Shown here: positions 19,573 to 27,591 of the stretch, piece after piece
Layout: each line of letters starts with the position of its first letter
Position numbering within the stretch: the stretch's first letter is position 1
Origin: Oscillospiraceae bacterium
GTDB lineage: Bacteria; Bacillota; Clostridia; Oscillospirales; CAG-272
Direction of reading: 5' to 3'
Assembly (NCBI GenBank): GCA_015064255.1
Contig: SVSP01000009.1
Location: 4,062-68,061, forward strand
DNA: 64,000 nt
Notes under the pieces: model-generated
The model's database searches: none
Told to the model about the DNA's origin: nothing
Seen by the model: the letters and a program-made list of their open reading frames with translations, nothing else
Made by a program: the position numbers and the translations under genes

Positions 19573-20742
19573 ATGTACAGAATAGGAAAAGAAGAAATAT
19601 AGGCTGTCGTTGAAGTTATAAATCAGCGTTGTCTCTTTAAAATCAATAAATCTCTTGAAGAAACAAGACACGCCGAAGAAGAGCTTTGCAAGCTTTTCGA
19701 CACAAAGCACGCCCTTCTTATGACAAGCGGTCACGCCGCTTTAACGTCAGCGCTTATCGCTCTCGGAGTAGGACCTGGCGATGAAGTTATCGTTCCCGCT
19801 TATACGTATATTGCAACTGCTATGGCAGTAGTTGCCGCAGGCGCTATTCCGGTAATTGCGGACGTTGACGAAACGCTCACTCTCGACCCTGTTGATACCG
19901 AGCGCAAAGTAACGAAAAATACAAAGTGCATAATTCCCGTACACATTCAGGGATTTCCGTCGAATATGGATGCGCTTACCGCTATTGCTGAAAAGTATAA
20001 CCTCGTTATTGTCGAAGATGCTTGTCAGGCAGATGGTGCAAGTTATCACGGCAAGCGACTCGGTACTATCGGAAACGCAGGTGCGTACAGCTTCAACTAC
20101 TTCAAAATAATCACCGCAGGCGAAGGCGGTGCTCTTGTTACAAATGACAAGCGTGTATTCGAGCGTGCGCTTATTTATCACGACAGCAGCGCAGTAGCTT
20201 TCTTTGGTGAACAGTTAAGCAACGTTGAAGAAAAGCTTTTCTGCGGAAACGAATACAGAACAAATGAAATTTCTTCCGCAATTCTGCGTATTCAGCTTCA
20301 AAGACTCGACTCAATCATCGCCGATCTCAGAAAGAACAAGAAGATAATGATGGACGAACTGAGTGACGTTTGTACGTTTATCCCTTCCAACGACATTGAA
20401 GGCGATCTCGGCACAACTCTTGCTATACGTTTTGACGATAAAGAAAAAGCTCTCGCTGTTGCTAAAAATCCGAACGTAAAAGGAACGGTTCCGATCAATA
20501 CAGGAAAGCACGTATATACCAACTGGACACCCATTCTTAATAAAACAGGTGCGTTCAATCCGCTGATGGATCCCTTCAAAATGGAAGCAAACAAGGATAT
20601 AATCCCCGATTACAGACTTGATATGTGCGAAAAGACGCTTGATCTGCTTTCAAGAACGGTTTACATCGCAGTAGATCCCGACTGGACGAGCGAACAGCTT
20701 ACCGCAAAGATAAACGGCATAAGAGCCGCTGTTAATGAATAA
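19573..20742 (+). pseudogene. DegT/DnrJ/EryC1/StrS-family PLP aminotransferase interrupted by an in-frame TAG at codon 10
   Basis: AGGAG RBS, ATG 19573, MYRIGKEEI-TAG(19600-19602)-AVVEVINQRCLFK..., then the same frame continues into the 340-aa track ORF (TSGHAALTSALIALG, IIPVHIQG). GAG would be expected at the TAG position. Confidence 0.7.
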
Positions 20743-20762
20743 ATAACTCCGTACCTCATCCA

Positions 20763-20790
20763 CGCCCCGCTTCACGCGGGGCTTTTTCTT
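20763..20790 (+). terminator. intrinsic terminator of the AraC-controlled operon
   Basis: CCCCGC-ttcac-GCGGGG followed by CTTTTT. Confidence 0.8.
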
Positions 20791-20872
20791 TACCTTCTGC
20801 ATACGAAAAAAGCCACCACGAAAAAACGTGATGGCTAAATTGGCATTACCGTACGTAAATTGCTTCGGTATA

Positions 20873-22465
20873 TCAACCGTTGAGGGCGTTGTATATATTA
20901 AGATAATCGTTTGTGAGTATGGTATCTATGCCCATTTCTCTGAATTTTCTTGCTTCCTCGGGATCGTCAGACCAGAAAACGTTACATATAATTCCGTTTT
21001 CGTGTGCCTTATCTATCATTTCCTGATTAAAATAAGGCTTGAAAAGCTGTACCTTTTTAGCACCGAGCGTTATTGCTCTGTCAACTATTCCCCAAGCATT
21101 TTTTCCTGCGCCGAGGCAGACGTTGATATCGGGCGCATATTCTTTGATCTTTCTTACTTTATCGTCATTACCGGACATAAAGTAAACGTACTCTGCACAG
21201 CCGTATTTGCGTATGAGAGAAACGATATCTTCCATTTTATCGTCCTCTGCAGCGGTATCCCATATCTTAACGTGAATATTCATTATTACACGTCCTGCGA
21301 ATTTTTTGAGTATTTCTTCAAAGGTGACTATCTTGAGTCCTTTATATTTTTCTCCGAATTTAACGCCGAAATCAAGACTCATAAGCTCGTCATGTGTATG
21401 CTCTGTAATTTTTCCGCTGCCCGTACTTACCCTGTCAAGAGTGTTGTCGTGGCAAGATACGATAACACCGTCACTTGTTGACCATATATCGAATTCAATT
21501 TCCTCTGCGCCGAGAGCAACAGCCGCACCGAATGCAGGCATACTGTTTTCGGGTGCAACGCTGTTAAAGCCGCGGTGTGCGCAAAGACGCGGATACGGCA
21601 TATCTTTTTCTGTTTTAACTACCGATGCTCCTGTGTTGATATATACCTTTTTGCTTTCATTTGCCGGATAAGCCTTATACATATGCACGATATTAAGGTC
21701 TTCGGGCATATCGAGTCCGTGTCCTCCCGACTCACCGTCTATTTCGTGACAGCCGTGATCCATAGCGAAGCCGACAAGCGTATTATGATTTTTCCAATAT
21801 TTCGAAACAAGCACGCTGAACTCTCCGAAAGCTGCTGAATTAGCTTTAAGCTCTGTGAGGGGCTTTAGTCCTTCGGGTCCGAATTTGTGCATATAGTGAT
21901 CGTAATTTCCGTTATATACTACAACGAAATCATATTTATCCTCTACAATTATCTCGGCAGCCTTAGCGTTTACCTCTTCGATAGTATCGTAGATAAAATA
22001 GTCCATATCGCGTTCAAGATAAATTTTTGAAAGGCTGCAATTTGTTTCCGCAACGATAACAGGCTTTTTACCTGCTCTTATAAGTGCATCAAAGATCGTA
22101 TCTATAGTAATTACAGGCTTTTCATACTTTCTTATTCCGTGAACAACCGGCTGTGCACCCGTATACATCGTTCCGAAGCAAACGGGAGTTACTGACGGCA
22201 TAACCGTGCAGAACGGTATCTCTATATCGGTATATTTTTTCGCCTCTGTCATAAGCTCGGGATACTTTTCATATATCCACTCTGCTATCGCATCGGGATT
22301 ATACATAAATATTCTGTCTGCTTTATTTCCGCCGAACATCTTATCCACGTATTCATTAAGCGCCTTGCAAGGCTGTGATGCTTTTTCGGGAGCTTCTATT
22401 CCCATAGCGTAAGAAAGCGAAGCTGCAAGTGTATCAAGTGAAAGGTTATTTATGTCGTTATTCAT
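20873..22465 (-). CDS. two-domain phosphodiesterase: alkaline-phosphatase-superfamily N-domain fused to a glycerophosphodiester phosphodiesterase (GDPD) domain
   Basis: C-terminal CAHRGFNSVAPENSMPAF...EIEFDIWSTSDGVIVSCHDNTLDRV is a GDPD signature. The N-terminal 290 aa (MDHGCHE...GGHG) look like nucleotide pyrophosphatase/AP-superfamily. Confidence 0.65.
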   Translation of the reverse strand: MNNDINNLSLDTLAASLSYAMGIEAPEKASQPCKALNEYVDKMFGGNKADRIFMYNPDAIAEWIYEKYPELMTEAKKYTDIEIPFCTVMPSVTPVCFGTMYTGAQPVVHGIRKYEKPVITIDTIFDALIRAGKKPVIVAETNCSLSKIYLERDMDYFIYDTIEEVNAKAAEIIVEDKYDFVVVYNGNYDHYMHKFGPEGLKPLTELKANSAAFGEFSVLVSKYWKNHNTLVGFAMDHGCHEIDGESGGHGLDMPEDLNIVHMYKAYPANESKKVYINTGASVVKTEKDMPYPRLCAHRGFNSVAPENSMPAFGAAVALGAEEIEFDIWSTSDGVIVSCHDNTLDRVSTGSGKITEHTHDELMSLDFGVKFGEKYKGLKIVTFEEILKKFAGRVIMNIHVKIWDTAAEDDKMEDIVSLIRKYGCAEYVYFMSGNDDKVRKIKEYAPDINVCLGAGKNAWGIVDRAITLGAKKVQLFKPYFNQEMIDKAHENGIICNVFWSDDPEEARKFREMGIDTILTNDYLNIYNALNG

Positions 22466-22568
22466 ATCCGAAATCTCCTATTCTTAAATATTACTTACAT
22501 TTTAACACCGCAAAAAGAAATTGTCAATCATTTTGCCAAGCAATAATGCAAAAACTTGGGCAAATCGC

Positions 22569-22597
22569 TTGAAAATAATATACGGTTATGTTATAAT
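22569..22597 (+). promoter_or_regulatory. promoter of nrnA (leaves a leader of about 150 nt)
   Basis: TTGAAA (22569-22574), 17-nt spacer, TATAAT (22592-22597). Confidence 0.6.
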
Positions 22598-22749
22598 GTT
22601 TCTCGGTTCATAAGAGTATTTTCCGTTATTATCGTATATTACACGTTTTCGTTATATCAAGTGATAAACGGTATTTAAATACAGTATTTATAAAAGTTTC
22701 TATAAAATTAAATGATATGAAATGCCAAAGTGCACATTAAGGAGAAAAA

Positions 22750-23730
22750 ATGAACATAAGCCCCAAAGAAGCCGTATTTAACAAAATAAAAGAGTACGGT
22801 CGTATTATAATTTTCCGCCACAAGCGTCCTGACGGCGACGCAGTAGGCTCTACAAAAGGACTTCGCGAAATACTTCGTGAAAGCTATCCCGAAAAAGAAA
22901 TTTTACTTATAAACAACGATTTTTCCGATTATCTGTCATTTCTCGGTGGTGAAGACGACCCCCGTGACGATGAATTTTTCAAGGATGCACTTGCAATCGT
23001 AATTGATACCGCGACTGTTGAAAGAATTTCCAATCCGCAGTACGCACTTTGCCGCGAGGTAATAAAAATCGACCACCACATAAACAACGAGCCTTACGGC
23101 GATATTATGTGGGTCGAGGAAAAACGGTCTTCTGCCTCGGAAATGATTGCCGATTTTTATCTTACCTTCAACAGTGAGTTAAAAATAAACAAGGAAGCCG
23201 CAAAGTATATCTACACCGGTATGATAACAGATTCCGGACGTTTCCGTTTCGCTTCTACATCCGGAGAAACACTCCGTATTGCAGGAATGCTTCTTGATAT
23301 CGGAATAGACATTGATACGATCCACGCCAATCTTTATATGAGAGAGTTTCATACACTCAAGTTCCAGGCATACGTCTATAATCAGCTCAAGATCACAGAA
23401 AACGGAGTTGTTTATCTGCACGTTACACGCGAAATGCAGGATATGTTCTCTCTTTCGTACGAGGATGCAAGCGCGTCGGTATCCTATATGGAATCAATAA
23501 AGAATTCTCTTATCTGGCTTGCTTTTATTGACAATGAAGACGGCTCTACGCGCGTTCGTCTGCGGTCACGCTTTGTAACCATAAATTCTATTGCCGAGAA
23601 ATATCACGGCGGCGGTCACGCCTGTGCAAGCGGTGCGACCGTTTACAGCGAGGAAGAAATGGCTTCTCTTATTGCAGACGCCGATGCACATCTTAAAGAA
23701 TACAAGTCCGAAAATGAAGGTTGGCTGTAA
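22750..23730 (+). CDS. nrnA: DHH/DHHA1 phosphoesterase (oligoribonuclease / pAp phosphatase NrnA)
   Basis: DGDAVGS, IDTA, KIDHH and GGGHACASGA motifs in canonical order; 326 aa. Confidence 0.85.
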   Translation: MNISPKEAVFNKIKEYGRIIIFRHKRPDGDAVGSTKGLREILRESYPEKEILLINNDFSDYLSFLGGEDDPRDDEFFKDALAIVIDTATVERISNPQYALCREVIKIDHHINNEPYGDIMWVEEKRSSASEMIADFYLTFNSELKINKEAAKYIYTGMITDSGRFRFASTSGETLRIAGMLLDIGIDIDTIHANLYMREFHTLKFQAYVYNQLKITENGVVYLHVTREMQDMFSLSYEDASASVSYMESIKNSLIWLAFIDNEDGSTRVRLRSRFVTINSIAEKYHGGGHACASGATVYSEEEMASLIADADAHLKEYKSENEGWL

Positions 23731-23760
23731 ATTTTCAAGCATCATTTAATTTTATATAAA

Positions 23761-23805
23761 TACTGCCGAGAGTAACAAAAAAGATTTCTCACGGCAGTAT
23801 TTTTG
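23761..23805 (+). terminator. intrinsic terminator of nrnA
   Basis: TACTGCCG...CGGCAGTA stem followed by TTTTTG. Confidence 0.7.
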
Positions 23806-23898
23806 TTTAAGTTTCCGAAGTTTCGCATCCGCCAAGACCTTTAGGATTTCTGTTAGGAATGTTAAACCAACAGTTGATGAAAACTTTCTCAAGCCTAA

Positions 23899-23927
23899 TT
23901 GACAATCAACCGAAAATATGCTATACT
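23899..23927 (+). promoter_or_regulatory. strong sigma-A promoter ahead of the uORF/ATPase module
   Basis: TTGACA (23899-23904), 17-nt spacer, TATACT (23922-23927). Confidence 0.7.
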
Positions 23928-23972
23928 GTTACAGTAATCAAATTACAAATTCAGCCAAGGGAGGCGATTATT

Positions 23973-24032
23973 ATGATGAACACTTATATTTATCGGATGT
24001 CATATGTATCGCCTGCGGTATGCTTGTCGTAA
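23973..24032 (+). CDS. 19-codon upstream ORF (candidate leader peptide MMNTYIYRMSYVSPAVCLS)
   Basis: GGGAGG RBS 8 nt upstream of ATGATG. Followed within 20 nt by two intrinsic terminators. Too short for the ORF track. Confidence 0.35.
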   Translation: MMNTYIYRMSYVSPAVCLS

Positions 24033-24052
24033 GGTTTATATAGTTTTTGATG

Positions 24053-24078
24053 CACATCCGATCTCGGGTGTGTTTTTT
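24053..24078 (+). terminator. intrinsic terminator T1 in the leader
   Basis: CACATCCGA / TCGGGTGTG stem (one G-U pair), then TTTTTT (24073-24078). Confidence 0.7.
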
Positions 24079-24120
24079 GTTTGCCTGAAATATTCTTCTT
24101 TGGCAAACGTATGGATTTAT

Positions 24121-24147
24121 GCACCCGTAGGGGTGCTTTTTGTTTTT
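24121..24147 (+). terminator. intrinsic terminator T2 in the leader
   Basis: GCACCC-gtag-GGGTGC, then TTTTTGTTTTT. Confidence 0.7.
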
Positions 24148-24259
24148 CGTGGAAAGCCCTCGAATATGAGTCAAACGGAAAATTCAGCAAAACCGAAAGG
24201 AGAATTTTTTATGATGACCGCAATTACAACACTTTTGAAAAATGAAAGAGGGGATGCCC

Positions 24260-26071
24260 ATGAAGAGATTAAAAAACAAAATATTATCTATGGAGCCTAA
24301 CACAACCACATACAAGGCTATGTATGAAGGCAGCATGACAATTATCGATCCTGCATCAACAATGCCGGCATATGTGGACTACAGCTCAACTTATTACAAC
24401 GAAAGCATTGGATTCGATATATCTACCACGCACAAGCTGGCGCAGGATAAGCCAACGGTGGTGATCAGTATTCCTTGTGCGACACTTGGAATCGATATTC
24501 CGGACAAATCTACCGAGAACGTGGAAGCGGACTTTTGCCTCCGTGCTTTCAAAAAATACATTGATGAGTTAAATGCTGAACTCTATAACCGCAGCCGTCC
24601 CGATAACGAAAACGGCAAGTATTATCTGTGTACTCCGGGCGGAGAGATCATAAAGAGAAACACAGCATATTTTGCGCTGTGTCCGCAGAAGGATTATACA
24701 AACGGTTCGGGTTCAACCGTCTATCTGCTAAATGACGGAGTATCGCGCCCGCCGCTGATGTGTCTATGTATTCGTATCCAAGTGCAGTTCCCACTAAAGA
24801 GGCTTCGCAAAACATTTCAAATGATGTGCCGTGATCTTCCCGATGCGGTTGACCGTTTCGTTTTGGATTTCGATATTGAGGGGCTGAAGAAAGCAAGCGA
24901 GCTTGCCAAAAAGCAATCGGCTATCAGAGAATGGCTGAAAAATAGTGACTATTGTGCCTTTCTTGCCAACGGAAGTATTCTTCCTCGCGCAAAAGGAACG
25001 GATTTACCGATGCTCGATGCAATTCCTTTCAGATCTACTACCGATGATGAAATTGAGATTTGCGGTGTGCGCGGAATGGGAATCAAAAAAGGTGTTACCG
25101 TCATCACGGGTGGTGGTTATTCGGGAAAATCCACCCTGCTTGATGCGATATCCGCAGGCATCTACGACCACGCGATTGGTGATGGTCGTGAGCTGTGTAT
25201 TACAGATGTAAGCGCCGTCACCATCTCCGCAGAGGACGGCAGAAGTGTGAAGCACGTCAACATTTCTCCCTTTATCAAGTGGTTGCCGGGAGGCGACACA
25301 AGCGATTTTTCTACCGATCACGCTTCGGGTTCGACCTCGCAAGCGTCGAATATTATGGAGGCGGTAGATAGCAATGCCAAGTTATTGCTCATCGACGAAG
25401 ACAGAAGCGCCACCAACTTTATGATTCGCGACCGTATGATGAAGGAGCTGATTGAAAAAGAGCCAATCACGCCTTTTACCGATCGAGTGAACGAGCTTTT
25501 CAAAACACACGGCGTTTCTACCATTCTCGTTATCGGCGGCAGCGGTGAATATCTCTCCGTTGCCGACAAGATCTATATGATGGAGGATTATCTGATTCAC
25601 GACGTAACCGACAAGTCAAAGAATATTTGCAGTTCCTATAATGTGACTACCGCATTACCTGCGTCTGCGAATTGGCAACAATGCAGAACGCTTTATTCTG
25701 ACCGCTTTTCTTCTTACCCAGAAGGTAGCGGCACAGAAAAGCTTGAGGTTTCGGATATGGGATTCGTTATTATCGGTGACGAAAAAATCGACGTGCGCGG
25801 ACTTCACGACATTGTTTCTCCCCGTCAGCTTGATACGCTTGGATTTATGCTGCGTTATCTTGAGGTGTCAAACAACGACAGAGAGATCGATATTGAGAAG
25901 AAAATTAACGATCTGTATGCACGTATTGATGAGGAAGGAATTGATTTTCTTTATTCGTCTTTCTTTACGACCTGCGAGAGATTCCTTGACCTACCCCGCA
26001 AGCAAGAGCTGATGGCTCTTGTCAACCGTATGCGAAAGATCAATATGGTAAAGGGCGGTGGTGTGATATGA
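24260..26071 (+). CDS. ABC-class ATPase of unknown function (single Walker A/B, predicted ATPase of the ABC class type)
   Basis: About 603 aa. Walker A GGGYSGKSTLLDAI, Walker B KLLLIDEDRSATNFM, then GGSGEYLSVADKIYMMEDY. Only one nucleotide-binding domain and no TM domain. Start may be ATG 24242, 24254 or 24260; 24260 has AGAGGGG upstream. Confidence 0.65.
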   Translation: MKRLKNKILSMEPNTTTYKAMYEGSMTIIDPASTMPAYVDYSSTYYNESIGFDISTTHKLAQDKPTVVISIPCATLGIDIPDKSTENVEADFCLRAFKKYIDELNAELYNRSRPDNENGKYYLCTPGGEIIKRNTAYFALCPQKDYTNGSGSTVYLLNDGVSRPPLMCLCIRIQVQFPLKRLRKTFQMMCRDLPDAVDRFVLDFDIEGLKKASELAKKQSAIREWLKNSDYCAFLANGSILPRAKGTDLPMLDAIPFRSTTDDEIEICGVRGMGIKKGVTVITGGGYSGKSTLLDAISAGIYDHAIGDGRELCITDVSAVTISAEDGRSVKHVNISPFIKWLPGGDTSDFSTDHASGSTSQASNIMEAVDSNAKLLLIDEDRSATNFMIRDRMMKELIEKEPITPFTDRVNELFKTHGVSTILVIGGSGEYLSVADKIYMMEDYLIHDVTDKSKNICSSYNVTTALPASANWQQCRTLYSDRFSSYPEGSGTEKLEVSDMGFVIIGDEKIDVRGLHDIVSPRQLDTLGFMLRYLEVSNNDREIDIEKKINDLYARIDEEGIDFLYSSFFTTCERFLDLPRKQELMALVNRMRKINMVKGGGVI

Positions 26072-26295
26072 GTATGCCAACGTATCAGATAACGATTGCG
26101 GACAAAATCAAGGCGTACCGCAACGAAAACGGTCTGTCGCTAAAGGAATTCGGCAAGCTGATCGGAGTTTCTGCTCAAGCGGTATGCAAGTGGGAACAGA
26201 ACACCTGCTATCCCGATATTATCTTTTTGCCGCATCTTGCTCGTATTTTGGGATGTATGATCGATGATTTTTTTTACATTCGTGAAACGAAGTAA
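26068..26295 (+). CDS. small XRE/Cro-C1-type HTH protein
   Basis: 75 aa; LSLKEFGKLIGVSAQAVCKWEQ is a classic HTH_3 motif. Its ATG overlaps the ATPase TGA (ATGA at 26068-26071). Confidence 0.8.
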   Translation: MSMPTYQITIADKIKAYRNENGLSLKEFGKLIGVSAQAVCKWEQNTCYPDIIFLPHLARILGCMIDDFFYIRETK

Positions 26296-26318
26296 AAAAA
26301 TCATATATACAGCAAAAA

Positions 26319-26355
26319 AATCCGAACCCAAAGCGATAAGCTTTGGGTTCGGATT
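26319..26355. terminator. strong bidirectional hairpin between the XRE gene and tRNA-Leu
   Basis: AATCCGAACCCAAAGC-gataa-GCTTTGGGTTCGGATT 16-bp perfect stem, A-run before and T-rich after. Confidence 0.8.
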
Positions 26356-26364
26356 ATATTTGTT

Positions 26365-26451
26365 TGGTGCCGGTGGCGGGGGTCGAACCCGCACGGTATT
26401 GCTACCATCGGATTTTGAGTCCGACGCGTCTGCCAATTCCACCACACCGGC
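26365..26451 (-). tRNA. tRNA-Leu (anticodon CAA), CCA encoded
   Basis: Reverse complement folds as acceptor GCCGGTG/CACCGGC, anticodon stem TCGGA/TCCGA with loop CTCAAAA, a long variable arm and T-arm GCGGG-TTCGACC-CCCGC. Ends in ACCA. Confidence 0.9.
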
Positions 26452-26463
26452 GCGTGTTTATGT

Positions 26464-26492
26464 ATTATATCACAACGAAATCGAAAAATCAA
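26464..26492 (-). promoter_or_regulatory. promoter of tRNA-Leu
   Basis: On the minus strand: TTGATT, 17-nt spacer, TGaTATAAT, ending about 12 nt before the mature 5-prime end. Confidence 0.65.
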
Positions 26493-26554
26493 CAGTTTTT
26501 TACGCTTAAATCAAAATATTTTTTAAAATCTCAAATTTAATTGTTAAATCATTG

Positions 26555-26582
26555 TTGACTTTTTTATTTTAATATGTATAAT
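26555..26582 (+). promoter_or_regulatory. promoter of the YiiX-like gene
   Basis: TTGACT (26555-26560), 16-nt spacer, TATAAT (26577-26582) preceded by TG. Confidence 0.6.
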
Positions 26583-26613
26583 CTATTATAGTACGATTTC
26601 AGAGAGGTTTTAT

Positions 26614-27204
26614 ATGTCAAAAAACACTTCGCCTCAAAAATACATATACGTAGTATTTTCGCACCCGAAGTCTATTGTATCGGAAACTATCGGTTTCTTT
26701 ACAGGAGGACAGTTCACGCACTGTTCCCTGACTCTTGACCGCGATCTCGGGCATATGTTTTCTTTCGGAAGAAAATATTCATACTTCCCTTTTATCGGCT
26801 GTTATCTTCGTGAAGAGCTTGACAAGAAGTTCTACAGCCACTGTGATTCTCTGCACGGAAGAATAGTAGAAATTCCCGTTACCGACGAGCAGTACACAAA
26901 CGTAAAGCGCAGACTTATCGACTTTTGGGTAAACAAGAAATCACACAAATACAATATGGTCGGTTTCTTCTTCTACTTATTAAACAAGGAATACGCACCC
27001 GACGGCAAGTACACTTGCTCGCAGTTTGTTGCTGAAACGCTTGACATATACGGAATATGTCCGATAAACAAAGCTTATACACTGATCAATCCCGACGACC
27101 TTTCCAAAACCGTAAAAGGAAACGTCATTTTTGAAGGTGACATAAAAAAATATGCACTTGTAAGAAAAAACAAGTGCTTCCTTATGACAAAAAGAAAAAT
27201 TTAA
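26614..27204 (+). CDS. YiiX/YaeF-like permuted papain-fold (NlpC/P60 superfamily) protein
   Basis: 196 aa. His before Cys (GGQFTHCSL ... KYTCSQFVAE), as in the circularly permuted papain-like amidase family. Confidence 0.55.
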   Translation: MSKNTSPQKYIYVVFSHPKSIVSETIGFFTGGQFTHCSLTLDRDLGHMFSFGRKYSYFPFIGCYLREELDKKFYSHCDSLHGRIVEIPVTDEQYTNVKRRLIDFWVNKKSHKYNMVGFFFYLLNKEYAPDGKYTCSQFVAETLDIYGICPINKAYTLINPDDLSKTVKGNVIFEGDIKKYALVRKNKCFLMTKRKI

Positions 27205-27254
27205 CGTCTGAAAATAGATTTTATCGAAAAAAATATTTTTTTCGGTAAAATCTA

Positions 27255-27283
27255 TTGACAAATCAATTTTCTTTTGATATAAT
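27255..27283 (+). promoter_or_regulatory. promoter of tRNA-Thr
   Basis: TTGACA (27255-27260), 17-nt spacer, TGaTATAAT (TATAAT 27278-27283). Confidence 0.7.
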
Positions 27284-27309
27284 GCACAAGTACCGAAAAT
27301 CAGATATTT

Positions 27310-27382
<73 letters not shown>

Positions 27383-27387
27383 TCATG

Positions 27388-27421
27388 AAAAAGCACATCT
27401 GCACGGCAGATGTGCTTTTTT
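27388..27421 (+). terminator. intrinsic terminator after tRNA-Thr
   Basis: AGCACATCTGC-acg-GCAGATGTGCT followed by TTTTT. Confidence 0.85.
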
Positions 27422-27448
27422 CAGCTAAACCAGCCTTCGTCGGAATAA

Positions 27449-27591
27449 ATCCACCTGCGGTGGATGAAATCGCTTCGCGATGAAATCTGTCTTGTGGCAG
27501 GAGAAGGAGGCGGATTTAATTTCATCTGAGGCTTTAGCCGAAGATTTCATCCGAGCCGAGCGAGGATTTCATCACCGCAAGGTGATTTCAT
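27449..27591. repeat. array of ATGAAATC / GATTTCAT 8-mers interleaved with mini-hairpins
   Basis: ATGAAATC at 27464 and 27480. The inverse (G)ATTTCAT(C) occurs at 27519, 27543, 27565 and 27584, with a degenerate copy at 27512. Small hairpins lie between them: CCACC-tgc-GGTGG, ATCGC-ttc-GCGAT, GGCT-tt-AGCC, TCACC-gcaa-GGTGA. Confidence 0.8.

Noticed and set aside
19600-19602. TAG as a pyrrolysine or otherwise recoded codon in the aminotransferase.
   Set aside because: No pyl genes or PYLIS-like context are visible. TAG is used as an ordinary stop elsewhere in the window. The homologous position is expected to be Glu (GAG), so a point mutation or base-call error is the simpler explanation.
22598-22749. 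Possible riboswitch in the roughly 150-nt leader of nrnA.
   Set aside because: I could not recognise any known riboswitch core or a convincing terminator/antiterminator pair. The leader is AT-rich with only weak pairing.
24004-24300. 98-aa track ORF upstream of the ATPase gene, and the antisense 65-67-aa ORFs at 23971-24190.
   Set aside because: The 98-aa frame runs through two intrinsic terminators and has no RBS at its start. Only its last 29 codons (from ATGATG 24211, with an AAAGGAG RBS) could plausibly be translated.
23973-26071. Leader-peptide-controlled ABC-F type antibiotic-resistance gene.
   Set aside because: The downstream protein has a single nucleotide-binding domain with a long unrelated N-terminal region. 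It lacks the tandem NBD-linker-NBD architecture of ABC-F proteins. The attenuator idea is kept; the resistance-gene call is not.
26140-26540. Several 60-100-aa ORFs overlapping tRNA-Leu and its flanks.
   Set aside because: They are translations of the tRNA gene, its promoter and the terminator hairpin.
27449-27591. Possible CRISPR array, because of the regularly recurring short repeats.
   Set aside because: The repeat core is only 8 nt, the spacers are 8-17 nt and themselves palindromic, both orientations occur, and no cas genes are in the window.
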